The notes under the pieces: generated by a model
The model's input: the letters and a program-made list of their open reading frames with translations, nothing else
The model's database searches: none
Told to the model about the DNA's origin: nothing
Part shown: piece by piece, positions 19,790 through 31,037 of the stretch
Position numbering within the stretch: position 1 is the stretch's first letter
How the letters are laid out: each line of letters starts with the position of its first letter
Program-made: the position numbers and the translations under genes
Assembly (NCBI GenBank): GCA_963827165.1
Contig: CAWGZR010000005.1
Coordinates: forward strand, 896,001 to 960,000
From: Candidatus Bathyarchaeota archaeon
Lineage (GTDB): Archaea > Thermoproteota > Bathyarchaeia > Bathyarchaeales > Bathycorpusculaceae
Direction of reading: 5' to 3'
DNA length: 64,000 nucleotides

Positions 19790-21367
19790 TTATGTGGATG
19801 GCGTCATCGTGTGGCGGTGATTGCTCCTTTGAAGCGCCTTTTTTATGGCATCAACCAATGGTTTGTAACGGATCGTGTCCATGGGTTCATTGGAAAGTTC
19901 ATTCGCCACTGAAACGTACCAATCCCTTAATGTGCCTTTTCCGAAAGCCGTTTCAACTAAAACACCCTTTAAATCCTCTGCATCCAGAGAACTTTCGTGT
20001 CCGCTACGATGTTCTCTTAAGATGGGCCGCATTTTCGCTTCTTCAACTATACTTTCTATGTCGGACGCGGAGCAACCCTCAGTTTCTTCCGCTAAACTTC
20101 CGAAATCAACTTTGCTGACTACGCAATTCCCAATGTAATATTTGAAAAGTTGCCGTCTATCCTCGCAAGAAGGAGCCGGAATGTAGATGCATTCACCGAA
20201 CCTTCCGCTCCGCTTTAAGGCAGCATCGATATCCCATGGCCTGTTTGAAGCCGCGATAACAACCAAGCCTTCCGGGTTCTTAAGGGCACCGTCCAGCTCC
20301 ATAAGCAGTTGATTAACAGCCCTATGTGCTCCGCTGTCATGGGTAACTAAACCTCGGTTTACTCCAAGAGCGTCAAGTTCGTCGAGGAAGACAATGCAGG
20401 ATCCATTGCCTTTAAGATTCGTTCGGGCATTCTCGAAAATCTGATGCATTTTCTTTTCTGTTTCCCCTTGCCACATATCCATAATCTCATGAAGATTCGC
20501 TAAAACCAACGATGAACCTGTTTCGCCAGCCAATGCTCTCGCTAACAGTGTCTTTCCACAGCCAGGCGGACCATAAAGAAGAATTGCGAAACTTCTTTTT
20601 TTATTGTATTTCGTAAATAAATCGGGCCTCTTCAATGGAAGTACAATGTTATTCCAAAGTTTCTCCTTTACATTTTCCAGACCTTGGACATCTGAGAGTC
20701 TGATTATATTTTTGCGCTTTTCATTTTTTTGAGTAAAAGCCTCTTTTTCCGTTGATTCAAAACGATGAGCCAAAAATTTTTCAGCCTCCTCCAAATCGGC
20801 GAGGCTCCGCGGGTTCATTTTGGCGTCTTCCACTTCTTTTTCAGTTACGCTACTTTCCTGCTGCTTCAATGCTCTTTCTAAAGTTTGTTTCACGTTTTCT
20901 GCACCTTCCTGTTCGTTTAAGAAAGGGTCGAAGGTTTCTCGGAGAGATTTTCCAAGGTCTTGGAATTCAAACATTGCCTCAAAAAACTCCCCGCTTTCCG
21001 GGATGGCTTGACGAATTGAGGACGTGTCAGTTTGTTGATTTTTGTTTTCTAAAATATTTTGTTTATACAGGTAAGCTTCTTTCAGGAACCTTTGAAGTAA
21101 AACTGAGCTTAAATCATTAAGGCAGCTCTCAGTGTTTTTGAGTAAGCCGTGGGTCAGTCCTCGTTTGAAAAGAACATTCTCGTTTGATGGTTCCAGTCTT
21201 AAGCATTCGCTATATGCATCCAATGCTTCTTCGTAACGAAGTGAATCGAAGAGTTTCTCTGCCCAAGCAAAGAAGTTTCCCGCGGAAGGCGGCGGAAGAG
21301 CAGGACAAAACTTGCCTGGGCTAAGCTGGAATGCAGAAGCGCTGGGTTTCGGGTTTAATTCATTCAT
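19790..21367 (-). CDS. TPR-fused AAA+ ATPase (CDC48/Vps4-like single AAA module)
   Basis: N-terminal TPR; GPPGCGKT, FLDELD, AASNRPWDIDAALKRSGRF. Confidence 0.85.
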   Translation of the reverse strand: MNELNPKPSASAFQLSPGKFCPALPPPSAGNFFAWAEKLFDSLRYEEALDAYSECLRLEPSNENVLFKRGLTHGLLKNTESCLNDLSSVLLQRFLKEAYLYKQNILENKNQQTDTSSIRQAIPESGEFFEAMFEFQDLGKSLRETFDPFLNEQEGAENVKQTLERALKQQESSVTEKEVEDAKMNPRSLADLEEAEKFLAHRFESTEKEAFTQKNEKRKNIIRLSDVQGLENVKEKLWNNIVLPLKRPDLFTKYNKKRSFAILLYGPPGCGKTLLARALAGETGSSLVLANLHEIMDMWQGETEKKMHQIFENARTNLKGNGSCIVFLDELDALGVNRGLVTHDSGAHRAVNQLLMELDGALKNPEGLVVIAASNRPWDIDAALKRSGRFGECIYIPAPSCEDRRQLFKYYIGNCVVSKVDFGSLAEETEGCSASDIESIVEEAKMRPILREHRSGHESSLDAEDLKGVLVETAFGKGTLRDWYVSVANELSNEPMDTIRYKPLVDAIKKALQRSNHRHTMTPST

Positions 21368-21786
21368 GTTCTAACCTCGTAGCACCCTAACGTAATCTTC
21401 TTCACCCATTCTTGAAGATAACCTAAAAGATGCAAAGGTTTTGTCGACTCCGGGGGACTTAACCCTTGACAGCGAATTCTATTTAAAACTAATTACCTGA
21501 AAAATGCCCATTCACAGCTCAATATTAGCACGGATTGAATTAAGACTGCAACAAAAGACTCAAACTTCCTTTTAGCCAACAAACTTCTCCATTCCAGAAT
21601 ACTCTTTTTCTTTTTACAGTTTATTAGTTGGCTTCGCTGAATAGGTATTTTGAGTTCAAATTATAGGCTGCAATAAACAAGAACACGATTTCGAAGTAAT
21701 TGAAACTGAAGAACCGCAAATTCAATTGCGAATTCAGCGTGAATTATGGAAACCGCTGTTTTATAATTCCAAGTCTATTGATGGGT

Positions 21787-22243
21787 TCAACGATTGAGAA
21801 GCAGATTTCTTCTGAGTGTACCTGTCAATATTGAGAACGCGATCAAAGCTGCTAGCAGCGAAAAACTGTAAATGGCTAAATGCTGAATAACTGAAACAGC
21901 CGCTATGGCTATAGGAACAGCACTTAGCAAGAGGTACACGAATGGGAATAGTTTGAGTGCTTTCCTGTTTATGTTTAGGTTGTCTATCGTATGTTTTTGT
22001 GAAGAATAATTCGGGCAGTTTTCCCATTCCAATCGTGCATGTCTTGCAGAAGAAGCAGGATACGCAGCCTTTTTTGCCTAACTCGTAAAAAACCAGAAAA
22101 CCCGCAAAAGCCAGAAAGATGATTGCGCCAAACGAAAAAATCAACCAGCAAGCAGCTGTTCCCAACAGTATCCACACTAATATTGCAAAGTTACCGAAAA
22201 CTAACTCGGTTTTTGTGTATTCCCGTTTTTTTCTTTGACACAT
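21787..22243 (-). CDS. Cys-motif membrane protein, frameshift near 21990
   Basis: MCQRKK start, TM pair, C-x2-C-x2-C-x2-C ([11 protein letters not shown]), further TMs in a second frame. Confidence 0.55.
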
Positions 22244-23554
22244 ATCCAATTTCCTGTTGCCTGTTTTCTCTTCCACGATCTTTTTTGTGACTTTCAACGC
22301 TAAAGCTGCTGCCGTAAGCATAGTCGGCAAGCCTTGGGAACGCGGCATAAGTGAGAGGTCAGCAACCCACAGGTTTTTCGGCAGCCCAGCGGGATGCATA
22401 GTTTCTACATCGGTTTTTGTTAGCGGTACTGTGCCTCCGAGGTGGCCGCCATGAATCATGCCGTCGACGAATGGACCAGTGACGCCTGAGGCTTCCATGA
22501 TTTCTTTGGCTTTCATTTTGGCTTCGTCTAAACGTTCCTTATCAACTTCGGTAAGCGACTTGGTGACAGTTCCATCCGCAGCGACAGAGCCTTGTTCGCT
22601 GTCTGCAAGTTTAATCATCATGCCTACTCGGTTCTCTGCTGGCACGTCTTTCCAGGGTTTATGGAACCAGTAGGACAATAGGTCAAAGTAGGGTGACAGG
22701 ATGTAGTTTTCCTTCTTTGATAAACCACACCATAGGCGGCTCATTCAGCATCCGCGAATTCTTGGAGATCCCTCCCACAGTCAAAACAACGTCTATCCAA
22801 AGATTGTCATGAACAGGCAGGTCGGATCCACGCAGAATTTGAGCGGTTCCAATCCCTCCCGCCGATAAAACGACTACGTCAGCGTCAAATCGCTCAAGCG
22901 AAGACCCATGCGAAACCAAAACTCCAACCGCAGACCCATTTTCCACAACCACCTTCTTAACAGGCGATTCCTGTTTTCAAAGAGACGCCTTCGCCAAGAT
23001 ATTCCTTGTATAATTGACGGCTATCCCATTTTGCCCCTGTAACACATCCCAGCTCGCAGTAACCGCAGCCGACGCATTTCTTCAAATCAACAGCTTTCGG
23101 GGTAGGCTTGGGCTTATATCCCAGTTTTTCGGCTTCATCAAACATTTTTTGGCTCAGAGGACGCCATTTTTCTCTTGGGATAGGATTGATTGTTAAGTTT
23201 TTTTCTATTTCTTGGTATTCTGGCGTTAAGTCAAGTCCGATTTCTGCCAATCCGTTTTCAGCCCTGACCATGTTGCCGCAGGATATCGAGGTGCATCCGC
23301 CCTCTGTGACTCCATAGAAAATTGCGAGGTCTTCGCTTGAACGGGTGGTTTTGTAATGCGAAAATACATGTTTTAGTGAGCCTTCATCTTTAAGCAGCAG
23401 GGTGCCTCGAAGTGGGCTTAGCCACGTAATCCTGTGACTGAGTGGATTGAACCTTTGCCCAGCCTTCCAACATTAAAACTTCGAAACCTTTGCTTGCAAG
23501 CTCGCGAGCGGCTGTTGCTCCTCCCGCTCCTGTTCCAACTACAATTGCTTTCAT
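22244..23554 (-). CDS. GMC family FAD oxidoreductase with several frameshifts
   Basis: [15 protein letters not shown] motif at the start (ATGA overlap with upstream gene), [41 protein letters not shown]; 3' end approximate. Confidence 0.8.
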
Positions 23555-24171
23555 TCTTGACGGCTCCTTTCTATTTTTGCGGTGCAGAACTTGCAGCCGC
23601 CTGTTATTCTTTGTTCAAACTTCATGTGCATGTTGGGGTTTAATCCGTTTACTACCCCTTCGTCAGTCGCACTTAAAACTTCGCAGGTTAACTCTGAATA
23701 GTTCCTCGCCAACGCGCAACGGTTAACAGTGAGTTTAGCTTGTTCTGGTCCTAGCCATTCAACTTTGAAGTTGATGCCTAAGACACGGTACATTATTCGG
23801 GCTGCCCTGACCAAATCGCCCTTGCTATCCCCTACGCCCAGCCTAACCCGATTTTGCCTTCCCAACTGCTCACCAACCTTAAACAAAGCTTCTCTTCCCA
23901 CCTTTACCGCGGTCTCCCGCCCCAAAGCCTCCACCAACGCATCAACCATAATGGTGTGCTGCCTCGCCATAGCTGCCCTTTTCCCACATATGGCTCCGAG
24001 TGATTTTCCATCGTCGACCGCTACTCTGACTGAACTGATTGAAGCATGGGCAAAAAGCACATCTTCAAGTGCCTTTGTGGTTGCAGCTGAGACCGCATCA
24101 AGTTGGCGGCTAATAATGAATTTCGGCGTCCACCACGACAAGAGCGCAAGTTTCAAACCCATCATAATCAC
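23551..24171 (-). CDS. V4R / ATC-hydrolase-like small-molecule-binding protein
   Basis: LVEALG.E.A...GREALF..G, RCAL...TC......D.G...G, I..GC..C. Confidence 0.65.
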   Translation of the reverse strand: MIMMGLKLALLSWWTPKFIISRQLDAVSAATTKALEDVLFAHASISSVRVAVDDGKSLGAICGKRAAMARQHTIMVDALVEALGRETAVKVGREALFKVGEQLGRQNRVRLGVGDSKGDLVRAARIMYRVLGINFKVEWLGPEQAKLTVNRCALARNYSELTCEVLSATDEGVVNGLNPNMHMKFEQRITGGCKFCTAKIERSRQE

Positions 24172-26970
24172 TCCGGTTTGCCTGCTCCGCCTAAGTGGAT
24201 GTCTCCTTGAGGAATTGTGCCTCCGTACAATGCATCGATGACGATCTGGTAACGTTGACTCAAAACATTGTGTTTCAACTTAAGATTCGGGGTTAAGTCT
24301 CCAGCCTCTATGCTCAAAGTGTTGGCAAGCAACGCCCATTTTTTGATTTTTTCTGGGTTTGACAGTCGCTTATTCATTTCTTCTATGGCGCGGTCAATTG
24401 TCTCGCAGGTATTTTTCGTTCCAGCGGTCTTTTTGCACCCAAATCAAGGCGCTACAGTAAGGCTTAGATTCGCCTAAAAGCATCGCTTCTGCAACGCCGC
24501 TTATTTCCCGAATCATGTCTTCTATTTTGCATGAGTAAATGCATTTGCCATAGGAAGTTTTGATAAGTTCCTTTTTCCTGCCAAGGATAACTAGGCTTCC
24601 CTCAGGGGTGAGGTTTCCCATGTCTCCCGTCATTAACCATCCGTCCTTAAACGGAGGATCAAGGGTTTTATCAAAATATCCGGCGGTGACTTGGGGTCCT
24701 TTAACTTTTATTTCGCCATCTTCACAGATCTGAACTTGGGTCTGCGGCAAGGGTTCTCCAACAGTGCCTAACCTGTTTTTGCCAACTCGATTAATGGTTA
24801 CCAACGGAGCCTCAGTCAGGCCATAGGCGTTGTGAATTTCGATTCCTAAGTCTCGGAAGTTCTCAAGCAAATCTTCATCCGAACTCGCTGAACCCGCGAT
24901 GAGCTGCGTACACTTGTCCAACCCAGCCCTCTTAAGCGTTGCATTCCTCACGAAACGACTAATCAAATGCTTAAGCGGTCCTTTTCTGTGACTTAGATAA
25001 AATCTTCCCACGCTGCTGTTCCCCAGACCTTCCCAGATTTTTTCGTAAATCCGTGGAACAGAGAAGAAGATTGTTGGTTTCACTTTGGGGATTGCATGTT
25101 GGAGTTTATGGAAGTCTTCCAGGAAACAAATTGTAAGAGGCGCGGGATAGTAGTAGGGTGAGTATGTGGCCAAAATCCCTTCAACTACGTGTCCCATTGG
25201 GAGAAATGACAGGTAAGTTCCTTTTCGGGTTCTGAATTTCCATGGCGTAATGGAAACAATGGATTCAGCCATGAAGCGTAGATTGTCTTGCCTAAAGATT
25301 GCGCCTTTAGGTTTTCCCGTCGTGCCTGAGGAATACCGCAGCGTGGCTACGTCGCCGAACCCAACGGGTGCATTTTGAGGCGGTGCATTTGATGAAGCTT
25401 TAGATAGGAAATCCTTCCAAGGAATCACTTTGCTGTTTTGAGGATTGGGACCTCGGCAAAAAGAAATTAACTGGGTATCAGCTGTCAATTCTCCCACTCT
25501 TTGCAGCAGGCTGGGCACGCCGATGAAGAAAAGTTTGCTTCCACTTGCCTTCAAAACTTGGTCTATGTCAGATGGAGGAGTAGTGTAGTACAGGGGGACG
25601 CTTATGGCGCCTACTAGACCGATAGCTACGTCTACGGCGAGATAATTTGTAGAGTTAAGGCCTGTTATAGCTATGCGGTCACTAACTGAGACATCCATAG
25701 CTCGCAGCGCAGCGGCGGCGGACAAAATTTCTTCTCGCATTTGAGCAGCAGTTTTCTCAACAAGCCTGTCCTCGATAATGTCGTAGTAGGTTACTGGCAG
25801 GCTTTTGCTCTCCAGCCTGTACAGCACCTGCTCATGCACAGTGCGTTCTGAACGGTGAAGAAATCCATGGTAAACGGCGTATTCGAGAAGCCGAGGCAAA
25901 ACCTTCTGCCAATTCAACTCGTAAGTTCCAAGCAACTCATCCATGTTGCTTCGTTGGAACAGGCGGTTCTCGCTAAAATACGGCGCCAACGAAATCAATG
26001 CATCCGCTGTTTTGCGGTCACTTAGCCCGATTACCTCTTGTAAGTGCACCAAGTTTTTCATTGACGATACAGACATGCCAACCGTAAAGAACCTCGGCAG
26101 CTTAACACCCAAATTTGTCTCTGCCCATTTCTCAACGAACCTAAGCATTTCTCCAAGTTTAGGCAGGGATTCGCCGGGGGCGACAAGGTGAAAGTTAAGT
26201 CCTTTAGCTTTCGGATGGAAGGTGAGTTTAACCACTGAGGCGGCAACGTAGTCTACGGGGACGATATTGATTTTTAAGTTTCGGCTGACTGGGAGGATTC
26301 GAAGTTTACCCGTCAGGTAAAGCCGCAGGGGAAAGTAGATTGTGTTGAATGTTTTGATGGCTCCCGTTTGAGAATCGCCCACAACCATGGCCGGTCGAAA
26401 AACTGAGATTGGGAGCTCTTTTTTTGCTTCTTGTACAAGCAGTTCCCCTTCGTATTTGCTCTGCTCGTAAGCTGTGAAAAAACCAAATTTGTCTGTTAAC
26501 GCGTCTTCGCGTACCGTTCCCGTTCTTCCGCCTGCCACGTACGCGGTGGAAATGTGGGAAAATCGCATAAGCCCATGATCCACATTTGCTTTTCTTGCAA
26601 GCTCAAGGACATTTTGGGTTCCTTGAACGTTTGTTTTTCTTAGCTCTTCGAGCGAAACAAGACGCCAGTCAGCAGCTGTATGAATGATATGGGTTATTCG
26701 TTTGGCTAAATCGCTGTAGGCTTTCTCATTTAACCCTAAATTACGCTGACAAACGTCGCCGCAGACCACTTCAACTTTGCCTTTTAACGCTCCGATAAGT
26801 TCAGGCCAGTCCCACCACTCTCTCGCCAGTCTGCGTTCCGAATTATCGGCGTCGGCTGCTCTGACTAAAGCGAGAACGGTGACATCGTCATCTAGGAGTT
26901 TGCGGGCTATTTGCGTGCCGATAAAACCCGTTGCGCCAGTTAACAAAACCGTTGTTTTCAATGCAGCCAC
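24168..26970 (-). CDS. Fusion of thioester-reductase-type SDR (NAD_binding_4) and AMP-dependent long-chain acyl-CoA synthetase; frameshift near 24390
   Basis: LLTGATGFIG, STAYVAG, YEQSK, RPAMVVGDS, IVPVDYV; then YSSGTTGKPKG, YGLTE, TGD, GRKK, LTPNLKLK. Confidence 0.85.
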
Positions 26971-28232
26971 TCCGGATGATTCTTTTCCAAAAACTCTTTG
27001 AGAAGCAACGGATTGAGTTTTTCTTTTTCTCTATACGCTTCATAGCCTTCCCGCAATTTTGCCTTCATAGATTTGGTTTCAGAAAAAAGTTTTGAAACAT
27101 TATCGCTCAAAAGTTTGTATCTGTCTGGGTCTTCGTGGTCCACAAATAAATCGCTGATTCCTAAGTCGCCATAAAAGTCTTTTATTCTTAAGTCGTGACC
27201 GATCGCTGTCTGTGGAACTTGATTAGCTAAGGAAAGGACCCCTGCGTGATAACGTGAGGTAACCAAAGCATCTAAACTCCGCAGTATGCTTGTCATCTGG
27301 GAAGCGTTATACTGTGACGAAGTGAAAACCTTAGTTCTATCTGCATGCTTCATCAGGCTTTGAACTTTGTTAGCGAAGGTTGCGTCGAGGCCTTCCATGC
27401 TGAGCAAAGCAACAGATTTATCATAATCCTCAATAATTTCATCAGCTTGCACAGCTAAAACGTCGGCAAGCAACTCGCTCTTATTGCAGCTCGACTTTGA
27501 ATGCGTGTAATAGTAGGGCCATCGGTAACAGTATTTTCTTGGACCCCACGGGCGAACAACAACAGGCCATTTATAGATGTCTTCCGCGGCTACACCCACA
27601 ACATGCGACTCTTCAGGCCAAATACGCTTCAATGTACCCTCGTCTTCAGGGTTAGGATTAAAAGCAAACGCGTTGTCCGCCGTCACTTCGATTGGCGCGG
27701 TTACTTTCCATTTTTTAAGGCGTTCAGCGGCTTTTTGGGTTCGCGCTAATATAAGGTTGGTTTTGCTGGCTTCTCTGTGTATTAGCCAGCTATTGAACCG
27801 TGAAGCTTCGCCAGCATCCACTGAATAAGCCACGCAGGGTTTTCTCATTGAATGGGCGTTTCTTGTGGCCAACAAATAATACCACAGCAATGCAGAACCC
27901 CATGTGTCCATGTAGCAGCTTCCCTCAACGATCAAAACGAAATCGGTTTTTTTCACGAACTTTCGGATATCCCAAAAGAAAACAGATGGTCTGACGGGTT
28001 CGATTTGAAGGGTTGGGGTTTCTTTGAGGTACCTGCGCAAATTATCTTCATTCAAGGACGGCACAAGGAGTTTGGCTTCCGGACCCATAACTGAGCGTAC
28101 TTCATCGATTATACTGAGGAGCTTTGCTTCAGCTCCCGTGTTGTTTGCCCCGTTGTAGCCAACGAGCAAAATCCTTGGCTTCACATCTAACACCCATACT
28201 CTTTGGCTTTTTGCGCCAGGTTCCTGGCCCAA
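26958..28232 (-). CDS. Polysaccharide pyruvyl transferase family protein
   Basis: LVGYNGANNTG.EA, ADNAF, TSRYHAGVLS; true start probably somewhat internal. Confidence 0.75.
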   Translation of the reverse strand: MGQEPGAKSQRVWVLDVKPRILLVGYNGANNTGAEAKLLSIIDEVRSVMGPEAKLLVPSLNEDNLRRYLKETPTLQIEPVRPSVFFWDIRKFVKKTDFVLIVEGSCYMDTWGSALLWYYLLATRNAHSMRKPCVAYSVDAGEASRFNSWLIHREASKTNLILARTQKAAERLKKWKVTAPIEVTADNAFAFNPNPEDEGTLKRIWPEESHVVGVAAEDIYKWPVVVRPWGPRKYCYRWPYYYTHSKSSCNKSELLADVLAVQADEIIEDYDKSVALLSMEGLDATFANKVQSLMKHADRTKVFTSSQYNASQMTSILRSLDALVTSRYHAGVLSLANQVPQTAIGHDLRIKDFYGDLGISDLFVDHEDPDRYKLLSDNVSKLFSETKSMKAKLREGYEAYREKEKLNPLLLKEFLEKNHPEWLH

Positions 28233-28753
28233 CTTCGAATTTCATCCCAATTGCGAAGATCATTAACGCCGGGCTCAACTTCTTTGAACCCGCCATTTTG
28301 AAGCTGCGACTTATAACCTACTTCCATAACTTTCCGCGTAAGAAAGCTCATTCTGTTATAATCTAAGACTCCGCCGAAGAACCCAATCGAAATAGGGCTC
28401 AAATGATATTTTAAGATTTTGTCCTCCAAGCCAACTCTCTGAGTTCTAGCGACCGCACCAGTTTTTCTCGCTTTCTTCTCAATTGGTTTCAAGGACGAAA
28501 TAAACAGGGCTACCCTCTTGTTTTCAAGATCTTTCTGGAATTTTTTCACAAAATCTGCTTGGCCGACCCAATTCTCCATCGCCATGCCGCTTCCGACAAC
28601 GACCAACTCGTAGTCGGCGATATCCTTTACGTTTTTATCTTTCGCATTCACAATTTTCACTTTGGCGCCCTCTTCTTGAAGAATTATAGCGATTTCATCG
28701 GCTGTTCTTTTTGTTGCGCCATAGCGTGTAGCGTAAATGATCAACGCGTTCAA
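28187..28753 (-). CDS. Flavodoxin (HemG/Flavodoxin_5-like)
   Basis: IIYATRYGAT...A..IA, VVVGS, FFGG.L, DLRNWDEI..WA. Confidence 0.85.
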   Translation of the reverse strand: MNALIIYATRYGATKRTADEIAIILQEEGAKVKIVNAKDKNVKDIADYELVVVGSGMAMENWVGQADFVKKFQKDLENKRVALFISSLKPIEKKARKTGAVARTQRVGLEDKILKYHLSPISIGFFGGVLDYNRMSFLTRKVMEVGYKSQLQNGGFKEVEPGVNDLRNWDEIRSWARNLAQKAKEYGC

Positions 28754-28977
28754 GGTTTTTCCTCCGAAGTGCCAATTTCGTTTTTTCTAACGTTTAGCCT
28801 CAGAACCCCGCAATCGCCTTTTATTTCGAGTATCTCTGGTTCAACAAATGAAGCGTTTAGCAGTTTTCCCAGAGTGCCTTCTATTAGGATACCGCCGTTC
28901 GATGAGAACCGTGTGAGATTTTTGCTGGAAATTAATTCCACCGAGAAGTCCCGTCCACCTTTATCTATTGCAGTCAT
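28750..28977 (-). CDS. Small hypothetical protein, first gene of operon
   Basis: FSVEL.S..L...LIEGTLG.L....F.E...LEI.G..GVLR; overlaps the flavodoxin start. Confidence 0.6.
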   Translation of the reverse strand: MTAIDKGGRDFSVELISSKNLTRFSSNGGILIEGTLGKLLNASFVEPEILEIKGDCGVLRLNVRKNEIGTSEEKP

Positions 28978-29331
28978 TCTTTTACCGAATCCTAATGTGG
29001 TAAAATGTGGAGATAAAATTTATTTGTCATTAACACGAATTAATTAGCATTGAACCAAAATAATTCGCATCAATTATTTGTTAAATGTTAGCTATACTGG
29101 GGATAATGAAGTGCGCGTGAATGCTAAAGGCACTGGGGCTTAATTGGAAGCAAGTATATCCAAAGAATCGTCGTCGCACTCGTGATTAACGAAAAAGAAG
29201 CTACTGTATTTTTCCGTGGGGATAATGGGTCTGAGCATTTCTATTTGAATCCGATAAAAATAAGAACCTGACTACCAATAAATTAAGTGCGTATTATTCA
29301 ATCGCTGAAATTCTGCAGAGGTGATTTTGAA

Positions 29332-29661
29332 TTGAAGAAATTTATGGTTTTATACATGGCGCCGGTATCCGCCGAAGTGCAAATGAACGTGAGTCCTGAA
29401 GAGATGAAGAAAGGAATGGAGCCATGGAATGTATGGTACAAGAAATGTGAGAAAGCCATCGTTGATTTTGGAGCGCCGTTAGGTAAAGGCACGTGTTTTA
29501 GCAAAAAAGGAAGTTCGAAAGGACCGACAGAAGTAACTGGGTACAGTATTATTCAGGCCAAAGACATGGATGCCGTAAAAGCAATTGTTGCCGATCACCC
29601 ACATTTAATGATGCCTAAAGCAAGCATAGAAGTCCTAGAAATAATGCCGATGACAATGTAG
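29332..29661 (+). CDS. YciI/DGPF-like dimeric alpha-beta barrel protein
   Basis: KKFMVLY...W..W...D.GAPL...VTGYSII.A.D...HPH; GAGGTGA SD before TTG. Confidence 0.75.
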   Translation: MKKFMVLYMAPVSAEVQMNVSPEEMKKGMEPWNVWYKKCEKAIVDFGAPLGKGTCFSKKGSSKGPTEVTGYSIIQAKDMDAVKAIVADHPHLMMPKASIEVLEIMPMTM

Positions 29662-29975
29662 AAAAAAACCGAAAAACAACATTTAACTTTTTTCTCTCTT
29701 CAAGGCAAGAAAGCATAAGAAAATATTTCAGCGGAAAAAAACGACGCGTCCTTTGAGTCCGCCTGATGTATGAAAACCCGCAGCAACTAATCAAGCAAAG
29801 TTCTTTTCGGTTATTGCGGTTTTCTCAATTGCAGTCGTGATAGCGCTTTAGCAATTGCCTGGACCCAAAGAAAACAGAGAAATGCAAAGCCTTTGCAACA
29901 TTTTTGTGACTTCAAATCGACAATCACACATTATTAATAACTTGGTGGAGTTTTTTTAGGGTTGGATGTGATTTT

Positions 29976-30608
29976 TTGTCTGGGTCACTCGAAATAGTGT
30001 TTTCGTTGCATAAAGCGTTTCGCCGCGATGCTTTTCAAATTGATAGTACCGCTTTCAAAATAGCCCGCGACGGCGGGGATTTAACTTTGGTTTTGGATAG
30101 GCTTCGGTTGATGGGTGAGATTTTGGATTATCATGCCAAGGGTGAGGAGGCGGCGGTTTTTCCAGCAGTTGACAATGTGGCGCCTCTTGTAGCACAATCT
30201 TATTTGTTTGACCATCGAGAACTCGATATCATGGTTAATGGATTGGAAGCAATGAGAAAGGCACTTGACCCACTTACCGTGGCACGGGCGACGGCAGTTC
30301 TGAATTCGCATTTACGGATTCATTTAGATAAGGAAGACGCTTATCTTTACCCGATTCTCAAAGAGCGAACAACCGAATCTGAACAATCCTCCATTGTCAG
30401 CGTAATGTCACAAAAAGTGCCCTCCGACAAATTCCCCACCCTAGTTAAATGGCTTTTTCCCTTGCTTGACTTCCAAGATCAAGTCGCAGTTACAAAAGGT
30501 TGGATGACAAGGATGCCTCCGCAGGTTTTTGCGAACCTCAAGCCATTAATAAAAAAGAGCGTTCCCGAGAACTGGGTCGAATTAACTCGACAAATCCCGG
30601 GCCTATAA
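29976..30608 (+). CDS. Hemerythrin domain protein
   Basis: HKAFRRD, HAKGEE..VFP, DH, HLDKED..LYP. Confidence 0.85.
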   Translation: MSGSLEIVFSLHKAFRRDAFQIDSTAFKIARDGGDLTLVLDRLRLMGEILDYHAKGEEAAVFPAVDNVAPLVAQSYLFDHRELDIMVNGLEAMRKALDPLTVARATAVLNSHLRIHLDKEDAYLYPILKERTTESEQSSIVSVMSQKVPSDKFPTLVKWLFPLLDFQDQVAVTKGWMTRMPPQVFANLKPLIKKSVPENWVELTRQIPGL

Positions 30609-31037
30609 GACAACCAAATTCAGCCGAGTTACCATTTCTCTCAATGTTAGCTGAACTATACAATAGACTGCTCATTTCCATCATAATTGTAATTTAAATT
30701 CACTATTAGAAAACGGCCAAAAAATAATTTATAATTTAGAAAACCCTTTTTTAACCAAATAAAACAAAATTCAATCGTTTTAATTCGCTTTTTGAGGAAC
30801 TGCTTAAAGCGTGTGCTTTCTTAATTCAAGTTTTTTTGAGAGGCGGCTAAAGTTAGCAGATCAGTGCTTAATAACTTGCAAAAACATAAAATAATTTCTT
30901 CGTAATTACCAATTTTGCATTTTTTGTTGTTTGACTATTTTAGAGAAAGCGCTAACTTTGACAAATCCTAAATACTACTAGTTACAAACGCTTAAACCGC
31001 TCAAGATAAAAATCTTGAGAATAAGGAGAAACTAAAA

